From an uncultured Hormoscilla sp. (GTDB lineage: Bacteria > Cyanobacteriota > Cyanobacteriia > Cyanobacteriales > Desertifilaceae), in NCBI GenBank assembly GCA_963921275.4, contig OZ001293.3, forward strand, positions 5,088,001-5,152,000: a DNA stretch of 64,000 nt, read 5' to 3'. Shown one piece after another: positions 1-10,184 of this stretch. Both the position numbers and the translations under genes were made by a program. The notes under the pieces were generated by a model that saw only the letters and a list, made by a program, of their open reading frames with translations, was not told where the DNA came from and did no database searches. Positions within the stretch are counted from its first letter, which is position 1. Each line of letters opens with the position of its first letter.

Positions 1-795
1 CTGGGGCAACCAATTTACTATTAATGATGTCTGATAACCGCATTCATGCAAAACCCTCGCCCCCCAAGCAGAAAGTTTCAAGATCGCCGGACCACTCAAC
101 CCCCAATGGGTAATTAACAATGGTCCAGTTTGTGCTAACTTGGCTATGGGCAACTGCACTCGCACATTTTCCACGGAAACCCCTGCTAAACCTTCAATCC
201 GAGGATCGGAAATCTTAAAAGTAAACAAAGAAGGAACGGGTGGGATAATTTGATGACCATTAGCTGCTGCTAGTTGATAACCCCGTCGGTTGCTACCTGT
301 GGCCAGAAGGACGCGATCGGCCTCTAACCTTTCTCCAGACTTCAACCCGACCACAAACTCATCCGGTTGCCGGGAGACAGAAACCACCGTTGCACCTGTA
401 CGCATATTCACCCCAGCCCCGATCGCCCCTTGCAGGAGACAATCTACAATAGTTTGGGAATCATCCGTAACGGGAAACATCCGTCCATCGGCCTCAGTTT
501 TCAACTGCACCCCGTGGGAGACGAACCAGTTAACAGTATCCCGGGGTTGAAAGCGGGTGAAAGGGCCCCGCAACGCTTTCCCACCTCTAGGGTAATTTTG
601 TACCAGCGTAGCGGGGTCGAAATAATCATGAGTCACGTTACAGCGTCCGCCCCCAGAGATGCGGACCTTGGATAGCAGTTGGACTCCCGCTTCCAGTAAC
701 GTAACTTCGGTGTGTCCATGGCAAGTCGCGCAGGCGATCGCCCCAAAAACGCCCGCCGCGCCACCACCGACCACCACAATTCTCTGCCAACTCAT
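1..795 (-). CDS. HI0933/BaiN-like NAD(P)/FAD-dependent oxidoreductase (3' end outside window)
   Basis: Manual translation from ATG 795: MSWQRIVVVGGGAAGVFGAI...LLSKVRISGGGRCNVTH, showing the Rossmann GxGxxG and the family SGGGRCN motif. Absent from the ORF track because it has no stop in the window. Confidence 0.9.
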   Translation of the reverse strand, partial: MSWQRIVVVGGGAAGVFGAIACATCHGHTEVTLLEAGVQLLSKVRISGGGRCNVTHDYFDPATLVQNYPRGGKALRGPFTRFQPRDTVNWFVSHGVQLKTEADGRMFPVTDDSQTIVDCLLQGAIGAGVNMRTGATVVSVSRQPDEFVVGLKSGERLEADRVLLATGSNRRGYQLAAANGHQIIPPVPSLFTFKISDPRIEGLAGVSVENVRVQLPIAKLAQTGPLLITHWGLSGPAILKLSAWGARVLHECGYQTSLIVNWLPQ

Positions 796-800
796 CAAAT

Positions 801-962
801 TTAATCTTCCGGTTCAAAATCCTCTTTTCCCACCCCGCAGACCGGACATACCCAGTCGGAGGGGATATCTTCAAAGGCCGTTCCTGGTGCTATGTCGCTA
901 TCTGGATCGCCCTCTTCCGGGTCATAGACGTGACCGCAGGCGGTGCATACATATTTCTTCAT
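801..962 (-). CDS. Rubredoxin (53 aa, soluble type)
   Basis: [53 protein letters not shown] with two CxxCG knuckles; AGGAGG Shine-Dalgarno upstream. Shorter than any ORF in the track. Confidence 0.95.
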   Translation of the reverse strand: MKKYVCTACGHVYDPEEGDPDSDIAPGTAFEDIPSDWVCPVCGVGKEDFEPED

Positions 963-1109
963 GTTGGTGTCCTCCTCATCTTGCCTGGATCTTACCAGTT
1001 TATTACACCTGAATTATAGAAAGAAACCAGGTATATGGGAAAAACCTGGTTTCTGGGCGACTGGTGAATATGTCCGTAGCGAGAATCTCCTCCCATTTCA
1101 ATGAGTATT

Positions 1110-3513
1110 ATTAAACTAAGCCAGAGGGTCACCCCTCCGACTCGTCTCCAAAACCGGACTTGATACTTTCGCATCATCCGGCTCCTCAGTAACGCCACCC
1201 TTGTCATGGGTACGGCTGTGACTACCATCGCTGGCAGTCTTTATATCGTGGCAATGTTTGTGTAGTAACTGTAGGTTGTCGTACTGGTTTTTACCCCCTA
1301 ATGAGAGGGGCTTGATATGGTCAACTTCCCACTTGTCACCACCCATAAACGTTAATCCGCATTGTTGGCACTTTCCCTTTTGTCTCTTGAATAGCGTTGC
1401 TACCCTCTTATTTAGCTCGGGGCTTTTGCCTAATCTCGTACTCCAATATGTAAGGTTCCCGTCATATGGGCTTGCTGTACCTTTCACTTTTATGTGCCTG
1501 ATTATCTCAGTTTCGGAGTGTCTGTACAGCGTTATTTCTTCCTCTCCTATTTGGCACCGGAATCGCCATTTACCGTCCTCACTCAGGGACCAGTACTTAC
1601 GAGCTATCCAATGACTGGATTTATTGGGATGTCTCCTTTTTGCCCACTGCCAGAGAATGGTCCATAGGTAGCGGTCCATGTAGCTGTATGTTTCTTTACT
1701 TACCACTGTCCTATAATAGTTTGACCATCCCCGTATTATCGTGTTTAGCTTACTTATTAAGGCTGCTTGTGGTGCTGCTTTATGGCTGGCCACCATTTCT
1801 GATAGCCGTTCTTTATGCTTCCCTATGGACTTATTACTGGGTTTGATTAGGGTTTTGAATCCTAGGGGTGTTCCGTTGGTTGACTTGCCGGTTCTGTATT
1901 TACCTATCTCATATTGCCTTACTTTGAAACCCAGGAAGTCAAACCCCGGGCTTTCTCCTTTTAGCGTATGAGCTATTTTTGTCTTCTCGGCTTTCAATTC
2001 TAGCCCTATTCCCTTTAGCCATTCTGCCACCACTATCTGCGCTCTGTCTATCATTCCCCTATCTTCATGCATTACCACAAAGTCATCAGCATACCTGACT
2101 ACTGTCAGCTTTTGCTTTTCTTTTTGTGTCCTGGCGAGTTCTTTTACTGCCTCCTCTAGTCCATGTAGGGCTATGTTGGCTAGTAGTGGTGATATGACTC
2201 CCCCTTAGGGTGTTCCCGCTTCGGTTGCATGCCATTCTCCTTTGTCTATCACCCCGGCTTTTAACCATGCCCGTATCTGCTTACGGATTGGTGACGTAGT
2301 ATTTAATTTTTCGACTAGCGCTTTGTGGTCTATCCTGTCGAAACATTTCGCAATATCTGCATCTAATACCCATTTGGGTTTCTGTTTAATGCTGCTGAAT
2401 ATTGCTTCGATCGCGTCGTGGCATCCCCGACCCGGTCTGAATCCGTATGAGTTCCCCTCCATATATGCTTCCCATTCGGGTTCAAGCGCAATCTTGAGGA
2501 GCCCTTGATTCGCGCGGTCGTGCATCGTGGGTATTCCTAAAGGACGTTTTTCTTCTCTCCCTGGCTTAGGAATCCATACACGACGTGTAGGCTTAGCCTT
2601 GTTTGAGATTTCAATCTGACCTACCAGTTCTCGACGTTGCTTTGGGGTTAGTGATTTCACACCATCCACACCGGCTGTCTTCTTTCCCTGGTTATCTTGT
2701 GTAACCCGTCGTACCGCTAGACATTTGGCAGCCCGGGAGCTTACCAGTAACCTTTGGAGCTTGCGAACTTTTTGCTTATTGCCTTCTTGTGCCGCTCTGT
2801 AAATTCGTTTTTGCAACTTAAAGACTACCCGTTCCAGCCGAGGCCAGGGGATATCCTTCCATTCATTCATCGATTTCGACATCGTGCTCATGACGTATGT
2901 ATTGCTACTTACAACTTTACAATTGACGTTACCGTGACGGCGTCAGCCTATCCCATCCATTACAGACGGGCATTTGCTTCTCCACTCAATCTTTCCCAGT
3001 TGCGACCTGCCAAATGAAAGCAGATTTTTTTCGCCTGCGGTGGCTACTCCATCTATCGACCGGTGATGGAGAGTCTACAACCGGTTTACTTCGTTCCTAC
3101 AGATGATTGGTTGTAACTTTAGATGGGTTCTATACGCCGGGTTTATTGTCAGTGCTTACTGGTCGGGATAACATCCGCCAGTGACTTATATCCTTTCCCT
3201 TTTGGGCCAGTGTGTCAGCCTTATTACACTGGTTTAATGTAACGACGCTGCAAACCTTTGCTTTATGCTCATCATAGCTACTTGCACGCTGCGCGAAAAA
3301 TCGGCGATAACCGGTTTAGGCTCCCAGTTAGTACGCCTTTCATCCCCGCTTTACGGATTGATGCCATCTCTACCGTAGGGGAAGTGCTGTCACGAGAGCA
3401 CCTGAAAGGGGTGGACTTTCACCACCATCATCTGTAAGTTATCAGGGCAAATGAAACCCTGTTAGCAGTCCCCCACCAGTTATTACTGGCGGTTTATGCT
3501 AAACGAATCGCAC
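1110..3513 (-). mobile_element. Group II intron (IIB-type) with RT/maturase/HNH ORF
   Basis: 5' GTGCGATTCG at 3513; domain V GAGCCGGATGATGCGAAAGTATCAAGTCCGGTTT; domain VI hairpin ending ...TTAGTTTAAT at 1110; encloses the IEP. Confidence 0.92.
1116..2891 (-). pseudogene. ltrA: Group II intron-encoded RT/maturase/HNH endonuclease with one in-frame stop
   Basis: ORFs 2205..2891 and 1116..2078 are in the same frame. TAA at 2205-2207 replaces the Q of GTPQGG. YADD, RT0-7 motifs and a C-terminal HNH (CQQCG...VDHI...HKHCH) are present. Confidence 0.92.
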
Positions 3514-3870
3514 GCGATCGGCAAACTCCCAGCGACCGTATCGACTCAGGCGTGAGGCAACCGTTTTCCAGTCCGGCGCTTCCGCCTCATCGCATAATCC
3601 CTGAATCACCTGCCAAATTAGATTGTAATCATATTTGGGCAGCAGCAGATAATGCCTGCCCAAAACATATCCAGTTGACGACATCTTGTTTTCTAACCAG
3701 CGAGGACTGCATACCATAAAGTCAAAGGACTCACAACCTTGTTGTCCCTTTGGTCCCACCATTGCCTGCACCAACAACCCAAAGTATTCAGCATCTAGGG
3801 GCGTAAACAAGGGCAAGTCAACAGCATCTGGACTGTGTAGACGACGTAACTCTGCTTGGATAATTTTCAT
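3499..3870 (-). CDS. Imm8-like immunity protein, intron inserted at its 3' end
   Basis: GPKGQQGCESFDFMVCSPRWL...GRHYL...LSRYGRWEF resembles the Imm8 family. Unspliced end is DRVRFV*; spliced end is DRNTH* (stop 1098-1100). Confidence 0.75.
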   Translation of the reverse strand: MKIIQAELRRLHSPDAVDLPLFTPLDAEYFGLLVQAMVGPKGQQGCESFDFMVCSPRWLENKMSSTGYVLGRHYLLLPKYDYNLIWQVIQGLCDEAEAPDWKTVASRLSRYGRWEFADRVRFV

Positions 3871-3977
3871 TGCTAGTGGTCCTCTAATATCGGTCGAGAA
3901 ACAGGGTTTCTCTCGTCATATCATTGATATCTTGTTAATAGCGGCACCAGAAACCCTGTTTCTCGCTTCTACTTTAC

Positions 3978-4657
3978 CTATGGAAAAAAGTAATCCTTGA
4001 AGATGTAGACTATCGCCCCACAAAATGGCCTATATTGCCCTGCTGATCCGGTTGATCGTACCCAACAGCCAGTTTTTGGACTTCCTCATTTGTCAAGTCT
4101 TCGATGCCTCCCAAATTTGCAAAACCATTTCTACCTACCAATATACTATAAATCGCTTTACGGCGACTTATTCTTAGCTTATTAATATCAAGTCCCAGAC
4201 GTTCGATCGTTTCCTTAGCAGCAGCTTGCTTGTCCGGATCGTCCGTTGGCTGAATTTCTCCAGAACCCGTGTACTTAAAAAAATCCGCACAGTTAGCTTC
4301 TATTGGCGAAACCATCAGATTCTCATCATACCATTCTCCTTTCTTATGCCCACAATGCACTGGTTTCGGGGGTGGTGTTTCACTTTCCCCTTGACAGGAA
4401 GCTAGCATATTCCTATATTCCAGTGCTAGATAGGGATGGGTACTGCGAGGTTTGAGATGTTCTATATGACAAGTTTCTCTTGTAATTCGCATCCCACAGT
4501 AACAACAGATGAAACCTTGCTCTTGTAACAAGGCGTTATAAACATCTGTTTTCTCCCGTCCGCTGAGAAGATCGTAGCTAGGTGTCCAGTCTTCGTTAGC
4601 GAGTTCTTTCCATGTAGTCAAGCTTTATGGTTCTTCACCTTTCTTGATATATTTCAT
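3978..4657 (-). pseudogene. PtuB-like / TIGR02646-type HNH endonuclease, inactivated
   Basis: ATG 4657 overlaps the ATPase stop (ATGA). MKYIKKGEEP* gives a stop at 4625-4627. EQGFICCYCG...HIEHLKP...HCGHKK motifs present. 1-nt frameshift near 4035; the alternative frame reads YRPFCGAIVYIFKDYFFP*. Confidence 0.8.
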
Positions 4658-5934
4658 CGATTGAGAATTTCCCTCCTGCGGATCAGTACATCAGCGCTAA
4701 CGAATTCTGGTTCATCTGTGCCAATTTCTTTTGCCAACTGTTGGCGCAACTCTCTAGCACCATGTATATCTCCTTTGTCGATCAGTCGGAATAAATCTAG
4801 GAGACGATCTTTGATATCTTGAGGACGTTCGGGAACATCCATCAAGTCTTCCAAAATGCGATTGCTATCTCGACCAAAGGAACTTGACGGACGCTTGGCA
4901 ACAATTCCATTATCTGTTTTTTCTAGAATGTAAATTCTCTGGGGTTTAACGTGACTGACTACTTGTGGTGAATGGGTGGTGACAATAAATTGGCAGTTGG
5001 GGAACGTTCGCGTTAATGCTGGAATAATTTCCCGTTGCCATTTGGGGTGAAGGTGTAGTTCAATTTCATCAATGAGAACGACGCCTTTGCCTTCGAGTGG
5101 ATCTGATAAACCTGGGTTAGCAATTGCCAAACGCCTTGCCAAGTCTCCTACCGTTGCTAGCAAGCATTTTTCTCCATCAGAAAGTTGGTTGACGATCAAT
5201 TCTTCACTTTCTTTTTCTAAAGTCATGCGGACAGGAGAACGCCTGACACGCAAATTAGAAAATTCTGGTCTCAGTGAAGATATTGCTTTTCTAACAGCTT
5301 CCAACTGTACATCTCGGTATTTGATTATGTGATATTCTATCTCTTTTTCATTCTCTTGCTGGCGTAATAATTCTAGTTTGTTTTCATTTTCTATATCCTC
5401 TTGATTTCTAAACCATTCAAAAAATCTCCTAAAGTCTATTTCGCCGCTTTCAAGCGCACCATCATAGGCATCTTTTGGCTCAAATGAATGCTGCGTGCGA
5501 ATTCTTAACGGAATATCCAGTACCACACGATTGGTAGCATAAAAAATCACAACTGGCAATTGAGAATCGTCGTTTAACTGGCTATGTATCTTTTCGACAA
5601 ATGTTTCCAACTCTGTTAGCTTGCTGCTGGGATCTCCATTCCGAGCCTTTGTTAAAGACCAAGTTACTTTCCCATCCTCATGTAAAATATCAATCTCGTT
5701 ATGTGTCTCGCTGTCTTTATTCTTAATATCTGCGTTATTGAATGACCGTTCCGAATTGCTTTGAGTTTGAATTCCTCCTGTGAACCAAGACAGCAAAATT
5801 GAGATACAATCCAGAATACTAGATTTCCCCACGCCGTTGTTCCCGATGAGTACGGTTGGTCCGTCAGCATCGAACTCCAGGGTCATCTGGTCAATTCCGC
5901 GAAATGCTTTCATGCTCAAGCGCTTGACTTTCAT
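4654..5934 (-). CDS. PtuA-like AAA/ABC-type ATPase (Septu-like)
   Basis: MKVKRLSMKAFRGI; Walker A GNNGVGKS; signature LSDGEK; Walker B VLIDEIELHLHP; TTHSP; translationally coupled to the HNH gene. Confidence 0.85.
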   Translation of the reverse strand: MKVKRLSMKAFRGIDQMTLEFDADGPTVLIGNNGVGKSSILDCISILLSWFTGGIQTQSNSERSFNNADIKNKDSETHNEIDILHEDGKVTWSLTKARNGDPSSKLTELETFVEKIHSQLNDDSQLPVVIFYATNRVVLDIPLRIRTQHSFEPKDAYDGALESGEIDFRRFFEWFRNQEDIENENKLELLRQQENEKEIEYHIIKYRDVQLEAVRKAISSLRPEFSNLRVRRSPVRMTLEKESEELIVNQLSDGEKCLLATVGDLARRLAIANPGLSDPLEGKGVVLIDEIELHLHPKWQREIIPALTRTFPNCQFIVTTHSPQVVSHVKPQRIYILEKTDNGIVAKRPSSSFGRDSNRILEDLMDVPERPQDIKDRLLDLFRLIDKGDIHGARELRQQLAKEIGTDEPEFVSADVLIRRREILNR

Positions 5935-6070
5935 GGCGATTTGATTAGCTCGATTTATTCGGAATACAGTCTGCTGCAATGGCTCCTTAAGCGACACCTT
6001 TCTATAGCAAGCCCTTAGCAGGAGTTGCACAACTCCTGCTAAGGGCTGAAAAGCATGCCAGACAAGGGTT

Positions 6071-7805
6071 TTATCTGTCATCTCTCAGCTCATATATAGG
6101 CCATGTCTCGCCAAATTCTTTTAGTTCTGGTGTAGAACAAATCACTGTCAAATGACTGCCCTTTTCTCCCTTTTCTCGTCGCTTCAAACGGCTCAATGCC
6201 ACGTATATAGCGGCCAGTTCCTCGGGAGCGTCAGCGCGGTCAATGTTAATTACTATGTAGCTAGACTCCCACCCCTTAAAGCTGTGAATTGTCGAACATT
6301 TTAGCTTATCATCACCCGGATTAAAATACTCCTTCCTTATTTTACTCTCCTGCCAGTCTTCGCCAAACACGTGGGTCACTTCTTTTTCTTTCAGCACACC
6401 TTCTAGTTTCAGCCTTTTTACACATGCTAATCCCATTTTATGTTCGGATACTAGCAATGTCATATCCTGGTACTCAATTCCTTTTTCCATCATATCTTGC
6501 ACAGCCTGAACACAAATTGACGCTTTTTTTTCTAGAGTTGAATACTCGCTTACTTGCCGCCAGATCATTTCTACAGGCTATTTATCTAGTTCATCGCTTT
6601 TAGGCTCCGGAGAATCAGTAGAAGGATTTTCACTTTCCTTAGAATCCTTTGGCAAATACTTCTCAACATATTGCCGCAAATATTCGATTAGTTTTGGAGG
6701 CATCCGATAGCTAGTGTCAAGTTCCCCCGCCCATTTTCCGCTAAATCATGCGTCCAGCTTCCGCATACTTTCATCAGTCCAATACTTCGCACGATTGTAA
6801 AGGTCTTGCGTTTTATCTGCTACTAAAACCATTTCGATGCTTTTTATTTCGCTGCTTTTTATTTCGCTGCTTTTTTTTAGTACTGGTAGTGGTTTGCGGC
6901 GGCGTACCCGCTGGAGAGTATGCCACCAATCTATGTTAAAATCTTGACCTTCATCGACCAGAATAGCATCATAAAGATATTTTCCATATTTTCCTTCCTT
7001 TTTGTCTAGCGCTTTATTCACTAGCTCAAGCGCTTTATTCACTAGCTCAACTTCACTGTCATTGCTGCGGCGTTCTCGCTGCTGGAGAGTCTGCCACCAA
7101 TTGAGAGCCTGCCACCAATCTATGTTAAAATCTTGAACTTCACCGACCTCAAGAAGACGATCATAACGATATATGTCTTCCTTTTTCATTTCGTCTAGCC
7201 CTTTATTCGCTAGTTCAACTAAAAGATACTTGTCTTCCTTTTTCAGCTTGTCTAGCGCTTTATTCACTAGCTCAACTTGCAGATTGTCTTGCGCTTTATT
7301 CACTAGCTCAACTATCTCTGGACTCTTTCGTTCAAACGGCACATATTTTATCCGAATAATATCTAAATATTCATTTTTAAAGCCTCCTTTATAACACATA
7401 TCCTTACACCAACCATGAAAATGACACCAAGTAATCTGTTCATCAATCAAAGTCTCCACATCCGGAGGTTGGTCTTCCAAATTTTCCTCCTCCAAATTTT
7501 ATTCCTTCGATTTTTATTCCTTCAATTTTTTTTCGTCCTCCAAATATTTCAAGCGGTCGATTGCTAAACCTTTCAAGTAATTCCGCAAGGTAATGTTGAA
7601 CGTCACCACCAGGACATCTTTTTTTTTCTGTAGCTAATTGGGCAGCACGTGCAGCTAAAACTAAAGACTTGCCCGATCCTGCCCGTCCTTTTATCCGCCT
7701 TAAGCCTCTCGGAGTTCTGGTAGTTGCTAACCTTTTTTGCTCCTTACTTAAGGAGTAAAGCCCTTGTGAGGAAATGGATGTAGACTGTGGAATGGATGTA
7801 GACAT
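6071..7805 (-). pseudogene. UvrD-like SF1 helicase, fragmented
   Basis: Walker A GRAGSGKS, Walker B YDAILVDEGQDF, STIHSFKGWE and YVALSR are spread over three ORFs. Frameshifts fall in A/T runs. Internal VELVNKALD duplications. Confidence 0.8.
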
Positions 7806-8011
7806 ATTCTACCTCGATAATAACTTAACTACTGTTTGAGTTACATCCCATCGTTTACTTGGATGTAATATCGCTGGTTATTCTCCAGAATTTACGCAAA
7901 TCTGCTAGACCATACTGGTGGTAGCCTTTGACAGGGACTTTACATAAACCTGTCGTAAGTCCTGTTCTCTATATTATATGTTATAGCGACATGTCCATAA
8001 ATTTTCTATAT
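7801..8011 (-). promoter_or_regulatory. Leader copy 2 (about 210 nt) upstream of the helicase fragment
   Basis: Near-identical to the copy starting at 9137. Inverted repeats TTACATCC..GGATGTAA and ACAGGGACTT..AAGTCCTGT; TATAAT on the minus strand near 7973. Confidence 0.6.
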
Positions 8012-8719
8012 ATCCTGCCCCAGTTCTCTGATTTTTCCGGAACGGTGGTCCGGCGATCGCCCTAGCACCACTGTTAACTCCATAACTCTTATTCTATCAT
8101 ATCCTGCCCCAGTTCTCTGATTTTTCCAGAACGGTGGACTGGCGATCGCCCTAGCACTACTGTTAACTCCATAACTCTCATTCTATCATATCCTGCCCCA
8201 GTTCTCTGATTTTTCCAGAACGGTGGACTGGCGATCGCCCTAGCACCACTGTTAACTCCATGACTCTCATTCTATCATATCCTGCCCCAGTTCTCTGATT
8301 TTTCCAGAACGGTGGACTGGCGATCGCCCTAGCACCACTGTTAACTCCATAACTCTCATTCTATCATATCCTGCCCCAGTTCTCTGATTTTTCCAGAACG
8401 GTGGACTGGCGATCGCCCTAGCACTACTGTTAACTCCATAACTCTCATTCTATCATATCCTGCCCCAGTTCTCTGATTTTTCCAGAACGGTGGACTGGCG
8501 ATCGCCCTAGCACTACTGTTAACTCCATAACTCTCATTCTATCATATCCTGCCCCAGTTCTCTGATTTTTCCAGAACGGTGGACTGGCGATCGCCCTAGC
8601 ACTACTGTTAACTCCATAACTCTCATTCTATCATATCCTGCCCCAGTTCTCTGATTTTTCCAGAACGGTGGACTGGCGATCGCCTGGCACCACTGTTGAC
8701 TTCATGACTCCCATTCTAC
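8012..8719. repeat. Tandem array, 8 x 89 nt
   Basis: Unit starts at 8012, 8101, 8190, 8279, 8368, 8457, 8546 and 8635. Units are nearly identical and each contains GGCGATCGCC. No unique spacers. Confidence 0.95.
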
Positions 8720-8784
8720 CTCCCTACATAAATCAACAATACCTCTTCTCCTTGTCGCTGATGACGGGCTTAATTCAGCCACCC

Positions 8785-9141
8785 CTAAGTCGGGAGCAAG
8801 TACATTATATACTGATCGACTTTTTCAACAGGATTATTTAGCCTGAAATCTTTTCCTTCCGGTGAAGTGGCCCATAGTTCCGGGTTACCAAATTTAGATT
8901 TTTCTACTCTGTAAGACATTTTTTTAATATCCCAGTCTTTGACTTCGTATACTGCTATCCCTACTTGAGGATTTAAGAGAACGAAGTCAGGCCGCAACCC
9001 GTTAAGATGAGGCTGAATGTATATCTCCCACTCGTCGGACAAGTTTTCATCAAAAAACTCGAAAACCTTTCTTTCCCCTTCTGTCAGGGGAGTTCTTAGG
9101 GAGTCAAGCTGGTCCCGTTGTGGGGAAATGAATCTAGACAT
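8785..9141 (-). CDS. NERD nuclease-domain protein (N-terminal half of a NERD-helicase, probably truncated)
   Basis: LTEGE...WEIYIQPHLNGLRPDFVLLNPQVGIAVYEVKDW...NPVEKV matches the NERD PD-(D/E)xK pattern. Confidence 0.75.
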   Translation of the reverse strand: MSRFISPQRDQLDSLRTPLTEGERKVFEFFDENLSDEWEIYIQPHLNGLRPDFVLLNPQVGIAVYEVKDWDIKKMSYRVEKSKFGNPELWATSPEGKDFRLNNPVEKVDQYIMYLLPT

Positions 9142-9388
9142 ATTCTACCTCGATAATAACTAACTACTGTCTGAGTTACATCCCATCCTTTACTTGGATG
9201 TAATATCGCTGGCTATTCTCCAGAACTTACGCAAATCTGCTAGACCATACCGGTGATAGCCTTTGACAGGGACTATAAGCCTGTCGTAAGTCCTGTTCTC
9301 CATATTATATGTTATAGCGACATGCCCATAAATTTTCTATATATCCCGCCCCAGTTTTCCAACTGCTGGCGATCTCGCCCTGGCACCC
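9137..9388 (-). promoter_or_regulatory. Leader copy 1 upstream of the NERD gene, ending in a single partial homologue of the 89-nt unit
   Basis: Matches 7801-8011, then continues ATCCCGCCCCAGTTTTCCAACTGCTGGCGATCTCGCCCTGGCACC. Confidence 0.6.
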
Positions 9389-9563
9389 CAAATAAGCTTC
9401 ATATTGGAGTCCGCAGCCCGCGCAGGCGGGCTTGGTTATTGTAGACCCACCCTTGAGGATGGGGGTGACGAGCGATCGCCCCTGACAGAAGCCAATTACA
9501 ATAGTAATAGACCGAGACAGTCAAAGCAACCAGACCCAGTAACCAAGACAGAAGGATATACTA

Positions 9564-10087
9564 ATGGTGCAGCCTCCCCAGAGATCCCCCCAAGTCAACA
9601 TGAGACAACCAGACCGCAAGCAAGCAAGCATAGAACGTCTCCGCACCATCAGCCATCTGCTAGATAACGCAATTACCATACCAGGTACAGACTATGGAGT
9701 AGGGATAGACCCCCTGCTGGGGCTACTGCCGGTTGGTGGCGATTTGATGAGCACGATTTTCTCCGCTTATATGGTAGTAGAAGCGGCACAATTGGACCTG
9801 CCCAGAGAAAGCCTAATAAGAATGGCGATTAACCTGATTTTGGACACCCTAGCTGGTACAGTGCCAGTGGTGGGAGACCTGTTTGATGTTGCCTGGAAAG
9901 CCAATACCAGGAATATGGAACTGATAGAAACCCATATGCAGTCCCAGAAGCAATCCCCCAGTCCAGCCAAAAAGCAGACAAGTGGTTCGTGTTCCTGCTG
10001 TTGACAGGGTTAGGTCTAATGGTAGTTGGGGCAGCGACTTTGACCATCACGATTATCGCACTGGTGCTTAACATGTTGGGCCACTGA
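9564..10087 (+). CDS. DUF4112 membrane protein (1-nt frameshift in an A-run near 9970)
   Basis: LLDNAITIPGTDYGVGIDPLLGLLPVGGD...PVVGDLFDVAWKANTRN. The alternative frame continues ADKWFVFLLLTG...GH*. Confidence 0.75.
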
Positions 10088-10184
10088 TTCTCAACCTGAT
10101 GAACGGACAGGCGATCCGCCCGTCCTACTTCTCCTCCGACTGAAAATATGTGATAATGAATCAGTCATTGTCTGTGTCTCGCCG

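Noticed and set aside
290..1012. Plus-strand ORFs in the first kilobase
   Set aside because: They are antisense shadows of the flavoprotein and rubredoxin genes.
1116..5934. Type I-A retron (RT + PtuA + PtuB)
   Set aside because: The RT has PQGG/YADD, maturase and HNH domains and lies inside a group II ribozyme. It has no retron VTG motif and no msr-msd was seen.
4654..6081. 475-aa ATPase start at 6081
   Set aside because: The family-typical N-terminus begins at MKVKRL (5934); the extension is probably spurious.
8012..8719. CRISPR or other guide-RNA array
   Set aside because: Units are nearly identical over their whole length, with no variable spacers and no cas-like gene nearby. The same holds for the 104-nt and 42-nt arrays.
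1116..9388. Diversity-generating retroelement
   Set aside because: The RT is intron-type, and differences between the duplicated leaders are not adenine-specific and are non-coding.
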